Origin: Deltaproteobacteria bacterium
GTDB lineage: Bacteria; Desulfobacterota; Syntrophia; Syntrophales; UBA5619
DNA: 64,000 bases
Direction: 5' to 3'
Assembly (NCBI GenBank): GCA_021372415.1
Contig: JAJFUM010000089.1
Location: 30-64,029, forward strand
Within the stretch, counting starts at the first letter, position 1. The number at the start of each line of letters is the position of its first letter. Below are positions 1 to 10,228 of this stretch, in pieces. The position numbers and the translations under genes were made by a program. Under the pieces are notes generated by a model. It was given only the letters and a program-made list of their open reading frames with translations. It had not been told where the DNA came from and ran no database searches.

Positions 1-365
1 CGAGGTGTCGGACCTCAACCAGGCGCTGGCCCTGTTGACAGGGCAGGGTGACACAGGTATATTTCTTCGCCGAGCCGTTGAAATCCACCGGGGAGAAGAT
101 AAAAACGGAAGCGCCCTGACCGCGACCATATCCGCTACGTGCTACTGATGAATAGGAACTTCATCCCTGCCCACGCCGTTGGCACCCTGGATGGAACACA
201 GACAGGGTCCATCCTGATAACATCCTGTAAAGACTGAATTCGCCAGAATGGCACCCATATTGCGATTTAGATCCATCGCGGGGCGTTCAAATCCCTGCAT
301 GCCACGGGAAAGGGCTTCGACATGAAGCGGAGATTTCCGGAATTCCTGAATGGGGGGCCAAGGAA

Positions 366-797
366 ATGAAAAAGAGCATCGCCATAATCGGAATGTCGGT
401 GGTTTTCCTCATGATGATGGCGGCCCATGGGGCATGGGCCGCCGACAACGGCACTGGCACGGTTACCGTCGACGGGTTGGTCTGGCTGAAAGACGCCGGT
501 TGCCTTAGCCGCGGGTCATGGGACCAAGCCAAGTCCCAAGCTGCAAGCCTGAAATCCGGCCAATGCGGCCTGACAGACGGCTCCTATGCCGGTCAGTGGC
601 GTCTTCCCACCATTCTTGAACTCTCTAAGAGGTATAGCAACCACGGCGAGTTCATCAACGTCCAGATGGGCGACTACTGGTCGTCCACTGGGGGGAGAAC
701 CTCCGAATATGCCTGGGTCGCAAATATGGAGTTCGGTTACGAGAGCGAGATGAAGACGTGGGGCTTGGGCTACGCCTGGCCGGTCCGCAATCCATAA
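366..797 (+). CDS. secreted DUF1566 / Lcl C-terminal-domain-like protein
   Basis: ATG at 366. N-terminal signal peptide (MKKSIAIIGMSVVFLMMMAAHGAWA). 'GLVWLKD...WRLPTILEL...YWSST' pattern is typical of DUF1566 proteins as I remember them. Confidence 0.55.
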   Translation: MKKSIAIIGMSVVFLMMMAAHGAWAADNGTGTVTVDGLVWLKDAGCLSRGSWDQAKSQAASLKSGQCGLTDGSYAGQWRLPTILELSKRYSNHGEFINVQMGDYWSSTGGRTSEYAWVANMEFGYESEMKTWGLGYAWPVRNP

Positions 798-993
798 CGT
801 ACCGCCAAGAGGGTACGGCCGCCGCCTGCCGCAGGGACAGGTGACGGCGCCGTTCGTCCGCGAACGACCCAAGACATTTCCTTCCCAAAGAAGCCCCCCT
901 GTGGTATGCAAGCATCGCCCTGAGTCCCCCGGATGGAGAGCTGAACCGCAGGCGGGGCAGTAACGGGGCATCATTTCATCGGGAAGGAAGAGC

Positions 994-3402
994 ATGACGG
1001 AAACCAGCCAGACGGAAGCGACCGCGGCCCCTGCCGCAAAAGATTACCATTCAACGATCGCCGCGGAACTGGGGATCGCCCCGGCGCAGGTCAAGGCGAC
1101 GGCCGAGCTCCTGGGAGAAGGGGCCACGGTCCCCTTCATCTCCCGCTACCGCAAGGAGGCCACGGGGTCCCTCGACGAGGTTGCCGTGACCGAAATCCGC
1201 GACCGCCTCGCCCAGCTCGCGGAGTTGGACAAGCGGCGCGAGGCCATCCTGAAATCCCTCATCGAGCGCGACCTTCTCACCGACGAGCTCAGGGCGAAGA
1301 TCGACGCCGCCGGGACCCTCTCGGTCCTGGAGGACCTCTATCTCCCCTTCCGCCCCAAGCGCCGGACCCGGGCAACCGTGGCCCGGGAGAAGGGGCTCGA
1401 ACCCCTCGCCCAGCGGATCTTCGACCAGGCGGAGGCCTTCGACCCCATCGAGGCGGCCGTGGCCTTCGTCGATCCGGAAAAGGGAGTGGCCTCCCCAGAG
1501 GAAGCCCTGGCCGGGGCACGGGACATCATCGCCGAATGGGTGAACGAGGACGAGAAGGCCCGTGCCCGGATGCGCGAGCACTTCGAGACCAAGGCCTCTT
1601 TCCAGTCCAAGGTCATCGCGGGCAAGGAGACCGATGGAAGCCGCTACCGGGACTACTTCGACTGGCAGGAACCGGCGGCCAAGGCCCCCTCCCACCGGGT
1701 CCTCGCCATGCGGCGGGGCGAGAAGGAGGAGTTCCTGGCCCTCCGGGTCGTGCCGCCGGAGGCCGAGGCGATCGACCTCCTCGTCGGGCTCTTCGTCAAC
1801 GGGGAAGGGCTGGTTTCCGCCGAGGTCCGCCTCGCCGTCGAGGATGCCTACCGGCGCCTCCTGGCCAACGCCATGGAGACGGAGATCCGCCTGACCACGA
1901 AGAAGCGGGCCGATGCCGAGGCGATCCGGGTCTTCGCAGAGAACCTCCGCCAGCTCCTGCTCGCCCCGCCCCTGGGCCAAAAGAGGGTCCTGGCTCTCGA
2001 CCCGGGCTTCAGGACCGGCTGCAAGGCCGTGTGCCTCGACGCCCAGGGGAAGCTCCTCCACAACGAGACGATCTACCCCCACCTCTCGGAGAAGGGCCGT
2101 GAGGCCGCCGCCGAAAGGGTCCGCGCCCTCTGCGCCCAGTTCGACCTGGAGGCGATCGCTGTGGGGAACGGGACCGCCGGCCGGGAGACCGAGGCCTTCC
2201 TGCGTTCCCTGGGCCTCCCCGAGGCGGTCCAGATCGTCATGGTCAACGAGAGCGGGGCCTCGGTCTACAGCGCCTCTAAGATCGCCCGGGACGAGTTCCC
2301 CGACCACGACGTCACCGTCCGCGGCGCGGTCTCCATCGGCCGGCGGCTGCTGGACCCCTTGGCGGAGCTGGTCAAGATCGACCCCAAGGCGATCGGCGTG
2401 GGGCAGTACCAGCACGACGTGGACCAGGCGGAGCTCAGGCAGAGCCTCGACGACACCGTCATGAGCTGCGTGAACGCCGTGGGCGTCGAACTCAACACGG
2501 CCAGCGCCGCCCTTCTCACCTACGTCTCCGGCCTGGGGCCGGCCCTGGCCGAGAAGATCGTGGCCTGGCGGGACGCCAACGGCCCCTTCCCCTCGCGCGA
2601 GGCCCTCAAGGAGGTCCCCCGCCTGGGGGCCAAGGCCTTTGTCCAGGCTGCGGGGTTCCTCAGGATCCGCGGCGGGGCGAACCCCCTGGACGCCTCGGCC
2701 GTCCACCCCGAGAGCTACGGGATCGTGGACCGGATGGCGGCGGACCTGGGCTGCTCCGTCGGGGACCTCCTGAGCGACGCCGGGCTCCGCAAAAGGATCG
2801 ACCTGGCCCGCTACGTGACGGACCAGGTGGGACTCCCGACCCTGAACGACATCATGGCGGAACTCGCCAAACCCGGCCGCGATCCCCGCGCAAGCTTCGA
2901 GGCCTTCCGCTTCGCCGAGGGGATCGAAAAGATCGAGGATCTCCAGGCCGGGATGAAGCTCCCGGGGATCGTGACGAACCTCACCGCCTTCGGGGCCTTC
3001 GTGGACATCGGCGTCCACCAGGACGGCCTGGTCCACCTGAGCCAGCTCGCCGACCGGTACGTGAAGGACCCCGCTGAGGTCCTCAAGGTCCGCCAGGTCG
3101 TCGAGGTGACGGTCCTGGCCGTCGATCTGGAGCGCAAAAGGATCTCGCTGACCATGAAAAAGAAGCCCGACGCGGCGGGCGCCGCGGATTCCAATGCAAA
3201 GGCGGCAAAGGGGCCCGACGGGGAGCGACGCGGGCAGGGCGGCGCAAAAACGTCTCCCCAGCAGAGGGAAAAGGCCGGCGAAAAACCGGGCCAGGGGAAG
3301 CCCTTCCGGGAAAAGCAAGGACGGGATTTTGCCCGGCAGGGCCGGCGCGACGAGAAGGTCCCTTTCAACAACCCCTTCGCAGCGGTCTTCGGGAAGAAGT
3401 AG
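994..3402 (+). CDS. tex: Tex-family transcription accessory protein (YqgF-like, HhH and S1 domains) with a basic Lys/Gly/Arg-rich C-terminal tail
   Basis: 802 aa. N-terminus 'VPFISRYRKEATG', central 'LALDPGFRTGCK' (YqgF/RuvX-like), C-terminal S1 'GIVTNLTAFGAFVDIGVHQDGLVHLSQL'. Confidence 0.9.
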   Translation: MTETSQTEATAAPAAKDYHSTIAAELGIAPAQVKATAELLGEGATVPFISRYRKEATGSLDEVAVTEIRDRLAQLAELDKRREAILKSLIERDLLTDELRAKIDAAGTLSVLEDLYLPFRPKRRTRATVAREKGLEPLAQRIFDQAEAFDPIEAAVAFVDPEKGVASPEEALAGARDIIAEWVNEDEKARARMREHFETKASFQSKVIAGKETDGSRYRDYFDWQEPAAKAPSHRVLAMRRGEKEEFLALRVVPPEAEAIDLLVGLFVNGEGLVSAEVRLAVEDAYRRLLANAMETEIRLTTKKRADAEAIRVFAENLRQLLLAPPLGQKRVLALDPGFRTGCKAVCLDAQGKLLHNETIYPHLSEKGREAAAERVRALCAQFDLEAIAVGNGTAGRETEAFLRSLGLPEAVQIVMVNESGASVYSASKIARDEFPDHDVTVRGAVSIGRRLLDPLAELVKIDPKAIGVGQYQHDVDQAELRQSLDDTVMSCVNAVGVELNTASAALLTYVSGLGPALAEKIVAWRDANGPFPSREALKEVPRLGAKAFVQAAGFLRIRGGANPLDASAVHPESYGIVDRMAADLGCSVGDLLSDAGLRKRIDLARYVTDQVGLPTLNDIMAELAKPGRDPRASFEAFRFAEGIEKIEDLQAGMKLPGIVTNLTAFGAFVDIGVHQDGLVHLSQLADRYVKDPAEVLKVRQVVEVTVLAVDLERKRISLTMKKKPDAAGAADSNAKAAKGPDGERRGQGGAKTSPQQREKAGEKPGQGKPFREKQGRDFARQGRRDEKVPFNNPFAAVFGKK

Positions 3403-3472
3403 GCTGCCGGCGGGGCCGCGCTTCTTTCTTGAACCGCCGCCCCGCCTGTGCCATAATGGCCCCGAAACTGCC

Positions 3473-4093
3473 ATGGACGATTCCGCTAAAATCCTGATTC
3501 TCTTCGCCCACCCGCGCTTCGAGAAGTCCCGGGTGAACCGGGCGCTTCTCGACCGAATCGAGGAAGTGCCCGGGGTGACCGTCCGCGACCTTTACGAGCG
3601 CTACCCCGACTTCAACATCGACGCGGCCCTGGAGCAGGAGGCCCTGGCGGCGCACCCGATCATCGTCTGGCATTACCCCTTCTACATGTACGGCGCACCG
3701 GCCCTGCTCAAGCAGTGGATGGACATCGTCCTGGAGAACGGCTGGGCCCACGGCCGCGGGGGGGAGGCCCTGAAGGGCAAGATCTTCTTCAACGCCCTGA
3801 CCACCGGCGGCACCCGGGAGGGGTATGCAGCCGGTGGTTACAACCGCTTCACGATCCGGGAGCTCCTGGTTCCCTTCGAACAGACGGCCGCGTTGTGCCA
3901 GATGGTCTATCTGCCGCCCTTCGCCGTCCAGGGGACCTACCTCCTGACCGAGGCCCAGTTGACGCGCCATGCCGCCCTCTACCGCACGCTCCTGACCCGT
4001 CTGGCGCAGGGGAACTTCGACGTTGAGGCGATAAGGCGCTTCGATTTCCTCAATGACTGGCTGAACCACAATCCGGGAGGATCGAAGCCATGA
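3473..4093 (+). CDS. kefG: KefG/KefF-type flavodoxin-like NAD(P)H oxidoreductase (K+ efflux ancillary subunit)
   Basis: Start placed at internal ATG (MDDSAKILILFAHPRFEKSRVN), because the upstream part of the track ORF overlaps the tex tail. ATGA overlap with the following kefC-like gene. Confidence 0.7.
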   Translation: MDDSAKILILFAHPRFEKSRVNRALLDRIEEVPGVTVRDLYERYPDFNIDAALEQEALAAHPIIVWHYPFYMYGAPALLKQWMDIVLENGWAHGRGGEALKGKIFFNALTTGGTREGYAAGGYNRFTIRELLVPFEQTAALCQMVYLPPFAVQGTYLLTEAQLTRHAALYRTLLTRLAQGNFDVEAIRRFDFLNDWLNHNPGGSKP

Positions 4094-5970
4094 ACCACTC
4101 CTTCCTGCAGGAGGGCCTCATCTACCTGGCGGCGGCGATCCTCTTCGTCCCCCTCGCCAAGCGGCTCGGCATGGGATCGGTCCTGGGTTACCTCCTGGGC
4201 GGGATCGCGATCGGCCCCTATTTCCTGGGACTGGTCGGCGGGGAGGGAACAGGCGTCATGCACATCGCCGAGTTCGGCGTGGTGATGATGCTTTTCCTCA
4301 CGGGACTGGAGCTGGAGCCCGCCCACTTCTGGGGGATGCGCCGCCTGATCCTGGGGTCCGGCGCCCTCCAGGTCGGCCTGACGGCCCTGCTCTTGACGGC
4401 CCTCTTCAAGGTCGTGGGATTCACCTGGCAGGCGGCCTTGGCCGTGGGGCTGGCCCTGGCCCTGTCCTCCACGGCGATCGTCCTGCAGACCCTGAGGGAA
4501 AAGGGACTGGACCGAACCCAGGCGGGGAAGGGCTCCTTCGCGGTTCTTCTCTTCCAGGACATGTCGGTCATCCCGATCCTCGCCCTCCTGCCGCTCCTGG
4601 CCTACCAAGCGGTCAGGGACGTCTCGAACGGGTCCGCCACGCTGATCGGGGGATTGCCGGGGTGGGCCCAGACGATCGCCCTCCTCGTTGCCGTGAACCT
4701 GGTGGTCCTGGCCGGCCGTTTCGTCGTCGCCCCCTTCCTGCGCTTCATCGGCCGCATCCAGCTCCGGGAACTCTTCACGATCTCGGCCCTCTTCATCGTG
4801 ATGGGAGCGGCCTACATCATGGAGCAGGTGGGGCTCAGCCCCGCCCTGGGGACCTTCCTGGCCGGCATCGTCCTGGCCAACAGCGAGTACCGCCACGAGT
4901 TGGAGAGCGACATCGAACCCTTCAAGGGAATCCTCCTGGGCCTCTTCTTCATCTCCGTCGGGGCGTCGATCAATTTCGGCCTGCTCATGGACCGGCCGCT
5001 GACGATCATCGCCATCGTCCTGGCCGTCGTGGTGATCAAGGCCTTCGTCCTCTTCCTCACGGGGAAGGCGACCGGTCTCACCTTCGACCAGAATCTCCTT
5101 TTTACCCTGGGGCTCGCCCAGGTGGGGGAATTCGCCTTCGTCCTCTTCTCCTTCATGAACCAGCTCCATCTCCTGTCCGCCAGGGTGGCGGACGCGATGA
5201 TGGGGGTGACGGCCCTGAGCATGACGGTGACGCCGATCCTGCTGCTGATCAACGAACGGCTCATCACCCCGCGCTTCGGCGTCCCGGAAAAGGAGGAGAA
5301 GGAGGCCGACGCCATCGACCTGCACCACCCGGTTATCCTCGCGGGATTCGGCCCCTTCGGCAGCACCGTCGGCCGGTTCCTCAGGGCCAACGGGATCGAG
5401 GCCACGATCCTCGACAACGACTCGGACCGTGTCGACCTCCTCAGAAGGATGGGCTTCAAGGCCTTCTACGGCGATGCCACGCGGATCGACATCCTCAAGG
5501 CCGCCGGGGCCGACAAGGCCAGGATTCTCATCGCCGCCATCGGGACCCCGGGGATCAACCACGACCTGATCGAAAAGGCCCGGAAACTATTCCCAAACCT
5601 CACGATCATGGCCCGGGCCGAAAACCGCTTCGATGCCTACGACCTGATGGACAAGGGGGTCACGGACATCTACCGGGAGACCCTGGACACGTCGGTGCGT
5701 CTCGGGATCGACTGCCTCGTCAAGTTGGGCCACCGCCGGCACAGTGCCTACCGGGCGGGTCAGAATTTCATCCGGTACGACGAGGCGGCCCTGCAGAAGC
5801 TGGCGCAGCACCGCCACGACCAGAGCCGCTACATCTTCAATGCCACGGAACAGATCCGGCTCCAGGAGGAGCTCCTGGCCAACGACCGGGCAGCGAACCC
5901 CTCCCTACACGACCACGCCTGGGACAGCAGCCGGCAGGACCGCCCGCCTGAGGGAGAGCCGGGGAAATAG
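4090..5970 (+). CDS. kefC: glutathione-regulated K+ efflux / CPA2 monovalent cation:proton antiporter with C-terminal TrkA-N (RCK) domain
   Basis: 626 aa. Polytopic N-terminal Na/H-exchanger-like region, then 'HPVILAGFGPFGSTVGRFL' Rossmann motif. Coupled to the kefG-like gene. Confidence 0.85.
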   Translation: MNHSFLQEGLIYLAAAILFVPLAKRLGMGSVLGYLLGGIAIGPYFLGLVGGEGTGVMHIAEFGVVMMLFLTGLELEPAHFWGMRRLILGSGALQVGLTALLLTALFKVVGFTWQAALAVGLALALSSTAIVLQTLREKGLDRTQAGKGSFAVLLFQDMSVIPILALLPLLAYQAVRDVSNGSATLIGGLPGWAQTIALLVAVNLVVLAGRFVVAPFLRFIGRIQLRELFTISALFIVMGAAYIMEQVGLSPALGTFLAGIVLANSEYRHELESDIEPFKGILLGLFFISVGASINFGLLMDRPLTIIAIVLAVVVIKAFVLFLTGKATGLTFDQNLLFTLGLAQVGEFAFVLFSFMNQLHLLSARVADAMMGVTALSMTVTPILLLINERLITPRFGVPEKEEKEADAIDLHHPVILAGFGPFGSTVGRFLRANGIEATILDNDSDRVDLLRRMGFKAFYGDATRIDILKAAGADKARILIAAIGTPGINHDLIEKARKLFPNLTIMARAENRFDAYDLMDKGVTDIYRETLDTSVRLGIDCLVKLGHRRHSAYRAGQNFIRYDEAALQKLAQHRHDQSRYIFNATEQIRLQEELLANDRAANPSLHDHAWDSSRQDRPPEGEPGK

Positions 5971-6027
5971 GATCGGCGCCCTCGCTTGCCTTCCTTCCTC
6001 AGGTTATCCGCCGTATGCCCGTATGCT

Positions 6028-6417
6028 CTAGGAAGCCTTCAAAGCCACCAGCAGTTCTTTCGGCAGGCGCCGGGCCTTCCGGTCCGGTCCCAGGCAGGCC
6101 AGCGTCACCCGGGCATCGGCCAGGAGCGTCCCGTCCGAGACCCGGACCACCTTCTGCCCCAAGGTGAAGGTCCCGCCGGTTACCTCCAGGACAACAGTCT
6201 CCACACGGAGGTGATCATACAAGACGGCCGGGGAGAGGTAGTCGATCTCCAGATGGATCACCGGGATGAGGCGGCCCCGGTCCTGGAGTTCCCGGGGGGA
6301 GAGACCGCGGTCTCTCAAAAAGTCCGTCCGGCCCTGCTCCAGGTAGCGCAGGTACTTGGCGTAGTAGACCACGCCGCCGGCGTCCGTATCCTCGAAGTAC
6401 GTGTGGATCTCCGTCAT
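6028..6417 (-). CDS. YbgC/FadM-type 4HBT-fold acyl-CoA thioesterase
   Basis: 'HTYFEDTDAGGVVYYAKYLRYLEQGRTDFLR' hot-dog thioesterase signature. ATG at 6417 is preceded by AGGGGAGG; the track ORF begins at an upstream TTG (6441), which is possible but less likely. Confidence 0.75.
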   Translation of the reverse strand: MTEIHTYFEDTDAGGVVYYAKYLRYLEQGRTDFLRDRGLSPRELQDRGRLIPVIHLEIDYLSPAVLYDHLRVETVVLEVTGGTFTLGQKVVRVSDGTLLADARVTLACLGPDRKARRLPKELLVALKAS

Positions 6418-6456
6418 GCCTCCCCTTCTCCACTTCTCCAATGGCCTCTGCCGATC

Positions 6457-7587
6457 TCAGGTGCGCCCCGACAGTCCTTCTCCCGGCCGTCCGCCCCATC
6501 GCAGCATCCCGTAGTGGACGGCCAGGCCGGCGACGAAACCCACGGCCATGTTGGTCAGGAGGGACACCGCCACGGTGATGGCCAGGGGGACCAGATCCCA
6601 CCCCGGCCGGACGTCCCGGACGAACCTTGTCAGTTCGACGCCCACGAGGAACATCATCGCCCCGATGATCGCCGGGGGGAAAGCGGCAAAGAGGCTGGCG
6701 ATGGCCGCGGCGAAGAAGAGCCCCAGGCCGATCTCGATCGCACCCTCGATGAGATTGGTCCCACCGGTCCTGGCCCCGAAGTAGTACTGCCCGGCCAGCC
6801 CCCCGGAGCCATGACACATGGGCATTCCCCCGAAGAAGGGGGTGATGAGGTTCATGACCCCCTGGTTCCAGGAAAGCTTCCCCACGCCCACCGGCCGGTC
6901 GGGGAAATAGGTCATAATCAGGGCGGCCGTGGCGATCGTGGCGTTGGTGATCGTCAGCGGAATCTGGGCAAAACCGGCCAGGACCAGGGAATCCCAGACC
7001 TCCTTCGGGTTGAACCCGGTGAGGGGCGGGGGAGTGAAGCGGACCAGTTCCACCGCGGGAAGACGCCCCTGGTAGGCGACGATGGCAATCCCCAGGAGCA
7101 TCAGGACCACGGCAGCAGGGGCATACCGGCTGTCCCTGAGGATCAGAACGATCGCGACCGCGACGATCCCCAGGATCCAGCCCCCGCTGATCATCTTCAG
7201 GGCCTCGACGGCTAGCATGATCCCCAGGGTCGCCTGGATCCCCCGGACGATGCTCCGAGGGGTGATCTTCGAGAGCTTCACGATGGCCCCGGTCGAAGCC
7301 AGGAGCACCCAGACGAGCCCCATGGCGAAACCGGAGGCGTAGATCAGGGACGGCGTCCAGTGCTGGGCGATGGCGACGACGGCCAGGACCTTCATCGGCT
7401 CGATGGGCATGGGGAGCTTGTAGACGAGCCCCGTCACGACGTTCGCCAGGCCCATCATGACCAGGAATCCCGCCGGGTCCAGGCCGCAGACGGCGATATA
7501 GCCGATCGCCAGGGGGAAGAGGGTCCCGAAGTCTCCCATCGAACCGGCCAGTTCCCTCAGGTTGAACTCGAACGACCCGACCTTCAT
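6457..7587 (-). CDS. putative sulfate/molybdate-transporter-family membrane protein
   Basis: Polytopic membrane protein. 'FNLRELAGSMGDFGTLFPLAIGY' N-terminus resembles the MOT1/SulP-related family. Start chosen at MKVGSFEF. Confidence 0.55.
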   Translation of the reverse strand: MKVGSFEFNLRELAGSMGDFGTLFPLAIGYIAVCGLDPAGFLVMMGLANVVTGLVYKLPMPIEPMKVLAVVAIAQHWTPSLIYASGFAMGLVWVLLASTGAIVKLSKITPRSIVRGIQATLGIMLAVEALKMISGGWILGIVAVAIVLILRDSRYAPAAVVLMLLGIAIVAYQGRLPAVELVRFTPPPLTGFNPKEVWDSLVLAGFAQIPLTITNATIATAALIMTYFPDRPVGVGKLSWNQGVMNLITPFFGGMPMCHGSGGLAGQYYFGARTGGTNLIEGAIEIGLGLFFAAAIASLFAAFPPAIIGAMMFLVGVELTRFVRDVRPGWDLVPLAITVAVSLLTNMAVGFVAGLAVHYGMLRWGGRPGEGLSGRT

Positions 7588-7695
7588 CCCTCGTTCTCCA
7601 AGGGCCACCGACGGTTCGCACCTTCTTCCTACCACCCGCACTGCTGCGATTTTCCCCCGGTGCCCATGCTATGGGGGGCTTTCCCGCGGACCTTC

Positions 7696-8250
7696 TCACC
7701 CCTTTTCCAGAAGCACGGCCCGGCTCAGGCTGACGGCCGGCCGCTCAAGGATCCGAAAGCCAGCCTCAAGGCACGCCGCGGCCATCCCCTCAAAGGTCCC
7801 GAGTGTCACGTGGAGCTTCGGTTCGACCAGGAGGAAACGTCCCCCCGGCTTCAGGAGGCCGCGGATCTCCCGGAAGAGGCGGGGCTGGTCCGGCACCTCG
7901 TGGGCCATCCAGAAGGCGAGGGCGAAATCGGTCTCGGCCTCCGGGTTCAGTCCCAGGGTGTCCGGCCGGCAGCGGTGAAGGACGATCCTGCCGTCCACCC
8001 CCGCCTTGCGGGCCCGCTTCCCCAGAGCCGCCAGCATCCTCTCCTGGAGATCGACGGCAACGACCCTCCCATCGGAACCCGCCAGCCTTGCCATCGCCAG
8101 GGTGAAGTATCCCATCCCGCAGCCGATATCCAGGACCTGCATGCCGGCCTTCACATGGGGGGCCAGGAGGCCCTCCGGATCATGAAAGAGACGGCGCAGG
8201 GGATTGTCGAAACTGTGGCAGAGCCACCAGGGACAGACCAAATGAGCCAT
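7696..8250 (-). CDS. class I SAM-dependent methyltransferase
   Basis: 'VLDIGCGMGYFT' motif I, 'GRVVAVDL' motif II, 'LKPGGRFLLVE'. Start ambiguous (8250 or 8268). Confidence 0.75.
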   Translation of the reverse strand: MAHLVCPWWLCHSFDNPLRRLFHDPEGLLAPHVKAGMQVLDIGCGMGYFTLAMARLAGSDGRVVAVDLQERMLAALGKRARKAGVDGRIVLHRCRPDTLGLNPEAETDFALAFWMAHEVPDQPRLFREIRGLLKPGGRFLLVEPKLHVTLGTFEGMAAACLEAGFRILERPAVSLSRAVLLEKG

Positions 8251-8340
8251 TCGCCATGCCCTCCCCAAAGGCCGATCCGTGGATCCTTTTGCCCGGATTT
8301 CCGCTGGACGCAGGCGCCGGGTCCCACGCCTTCCCCACGT

Positions 8341-8586
8341 TTAAGGCTTGAGCTTGTTGTGGGCGCCGTCGCAGTACGGGGGCTTGCCGGAGTGCTTGCA
8401 GCCGCACCAGGCGACGGTCTTGGGATAGCTGATCGACACCTCGACGGGTTTCATGTCGGTGCCGAGTTTCTCGTGGGCGCCGTCGCAGAACGGATCTTTG
8501 GCCGAATGGCCGCAACTGCACCAGTGATAGGTCCCGGGCTGCATCTCCATCATGTAGGGGCCCTTCTTGACGATCTTCGGTTCCAT
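8341..8586 (-). CDS. small CDGSH iron-sulfur domain protein (two CDGSH motifs)
   Basis: 81 aa with 'CSCGHSAKDPFCDGAH' and 'CGCKHSGKPPYCDGAH'. Confidence 0.85.
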   Translation of the reverse strand: MEPKIVKKGPYMMEMQPGTYHWCSCGHSAKDPFCDGAHEKLGTDMKPVEVSISYPKTVAWCGCKHSGKPPYCDGAHNKLKP

Positions 8587-8818
8587 GGTCGTTCCTCCTC
8601 GGTTTTGCAGGTTTCTACCCGCAGGGTAAAGATCCTAATGACTGTATGACTGTAAAAGTATAGGGGGACGGGAGATGGACTGTCAACCCTCAAAACTCGT
8701 ATCCGAGGCCGATCAGGCAGGCCGTGGAAGGCCCTATTCCAGAGATCTGCATCCCCGTCGTTCTGGATCGGCACGCGCACCCTGGAGAGGGTCCCCGATC
8801 CCGCCGCCCTGATCCGGG

Positions 8819-10228
8819 CTATTTCTCCTTCAGGAAGAGCCGGACCGGACCGATTTCGACGAAGGACGGCCCATCGCCGAAGTTTCCGGCAATGACGACG
8901 ACCAAGTCCTCCTCCAGGAGACGGCCCGCTTTCAGGTGGCCCCTCAGGGCCCTGCGGATAAAGTCCTGGCTGTCGGCCGTCTTTTCGATGTACTCGGCAA
9001 AAACGCCGAAGGAGAGGGCCAGATGCCGGACCACCTGCCATTGGTAGCAGTGGGCGAAGATCGGTTTGCGGCCCCGGAAACCGGCCATGTTGCGGATGGA
9101 ATTCCCCGAAGAGGTGTCGGCGATGATGGCCCGGGCGTCCAGCTTCAGGGCCGCCTCCACGGCCGTCTTGGTAAGGAAGGCCGAACGCTCGTTGGTCAGG
9201 ACCACCGTCGGGACGTCGTCGATGTCGTTGCGGGACTTCTCGACCTCGGCGGCGACCCGGGCCATGGTCGTCACGGCCTCCAGGGGATAGCGGCCGCTGG
9301 CCGTCTCGGCGCTCAGCATGATGGCGTCGGTGTTGCTGTAGATCGCGCCGGCGATGTCGCTTACCTCGGCCCGGGTGGGCCGGGGATTGGCGATCATGGA
9401 CTGGAGCATCTGGGTCGCGATGATGACCGGCTTGCGGCGGGCGATGCACTTCTCGATGAGCATCTTCTGGACCCCCGGGACCCGCTCAAAGGGGATCTCG
9501 ATAGCCAGGTCCCCGCGGGCGACCATCACCCCGTAGGCGTGATCGAGGATCTCGTCGATGCGGTCCACCCCTTCCTGGTTCTCGATCTTGGCGATGATCT
9601 TGATCGGGCTCTTGCACTCGTCGAGGATGGCCTGGACGGCCAGAACATCCTCCTTGCCGCGGACAAAGGAATGGGCGATGAAATCACAGCCCTGCTCGGC
9701 TGCGAGACGGATGTAGGCCCGGTCCTTTTCGCTCAGGGCGGGCAGATCAAAAGAGACCCCCGGGACGTTTACGCTCTTTCTCCCCTCGATCCTTCCGCCG
9801 TCCAAGGCCTCGCAGATCAGGGTGTCCCCCTGCCTCTCCAGGACCCTGAGCTCAACCGTTCCGTCGTCGATGAGGATAAGGCTCTCCGGCGGGACCTCCG
9901 CGACGAACCCCCGGTGGCTCACACAGACCTCATCCCGCGTCGATTCCCGCTCCGGATCCCCCCGGAAGACAACGCGATCTCCCTTTGCCAGGACAATCTC
10001 CCCGGCAACGGGGGTGGTCCGGACCTCCGGGCCCTTCGTGTCGATCATGACGGCGATGTGGTCCGAGACCTCCCGGACGTTGCGGATCAGCTTCAGGGCC
10101 CCCTCCGGGGACTGGTGGGCGGTGTTGATCCTCACCACGTCCATCCCGGCCCGGTGGAGCTCGGCCAGGAACGGCACCTCACAGCGTTTATCGGAAAGGG
10201 TCGCGACAATCTTGGTCTTCTTGTTCAT
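8819..10228 (-). CDS. pyk: pyruvate kinase
   Basis: 'KTKIVATLS...MDVVRINTAH', 'IKIIAKIENQEG', 'VMVARGDLAIEIP', 'IIATQMLQSM'. Start at MNKKTKIV. Confidence 0.9.
   Translation of the reverse strand: MNKKTKIVATLSDKRCEVPFLAELHRAGMDVVRINTAHQSPEGALKLIRNVREVSDHIAVMIDTKGPEVRTTPVAGEIVLAKGDRVVFRGDPERESTRDEVCVSHRGFVAEVPPESLILIDDGTVELRVLERQGDTLICEALDGGRIEGRKSVNVPGVSFDLPALSEKDRAYIRLAAEQGCDFIAHSFVRGKEDVLAVQAILDECKSPIKIIAKIENQEGVDRIDEILDHAYGVMVARGDLAIEIPFERVPGVQKMLIEKCIARRKPVIIATQMLQSMIANPRPTRAEVSDIAGAIYSNTDAIMLSAETASGRYPLEAVTTMARVAAEVEKSRNDIDDVPTVVLTNERSAFLTKTAVEAALKLDARAIIADTSSGNSIRNMAGFRGRKPIFAHCYQWQVVRHLALSFGVFAEYIEKTADSQDFIRRALRGHLKAGRLLEEDLVVVIAGNFGDGPSFVEIGPVRLFLKEK

Noticed and set aside
3403-3472. 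Imperfect GGCGGGGC...GCCCCGCC pairing after tex, as a terminator
   Set aside because: It has a 21-nt loop and no T-tract, and the kefG-like start lies only about 20 nt beyond. This is too weak to call.
1051-3474. 807-aa minus-strand ORF opposite tex, and similar long antisense ORFs (3979..5562 -, 6215..7699 -, 5986..7215 +, 8936..10351 +, 10833..12659 -, 14196..15497 +, 15593..16693 +, 20606..22306 -, 35852..37132 +, 37928..39604 -, 52999..54486 +, 56178..57452 +, 59999..61117 -, 61592..62674 +)
   Set aside because: These are shadow ORFs typical of GC-rich DNA. They have extreme Arg/Gly/Pro/Asp/His-rich low-complexity composition and no recognisable motifs. Each lies opposite a gene with clear family signatures.
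8632-8653. TAGGAT-like -10 plus tandem ATGACTGT-ATGACTGT upstream of the CDGSH gene, considered as an eleventh Pho box
   Set aside because: The repeats are spaced 8 bp apart, not 11, and their cores are 2 nt out of register with the -10 compared with the ten accepted sites. This may be a different operator but is not the Pho pattern.
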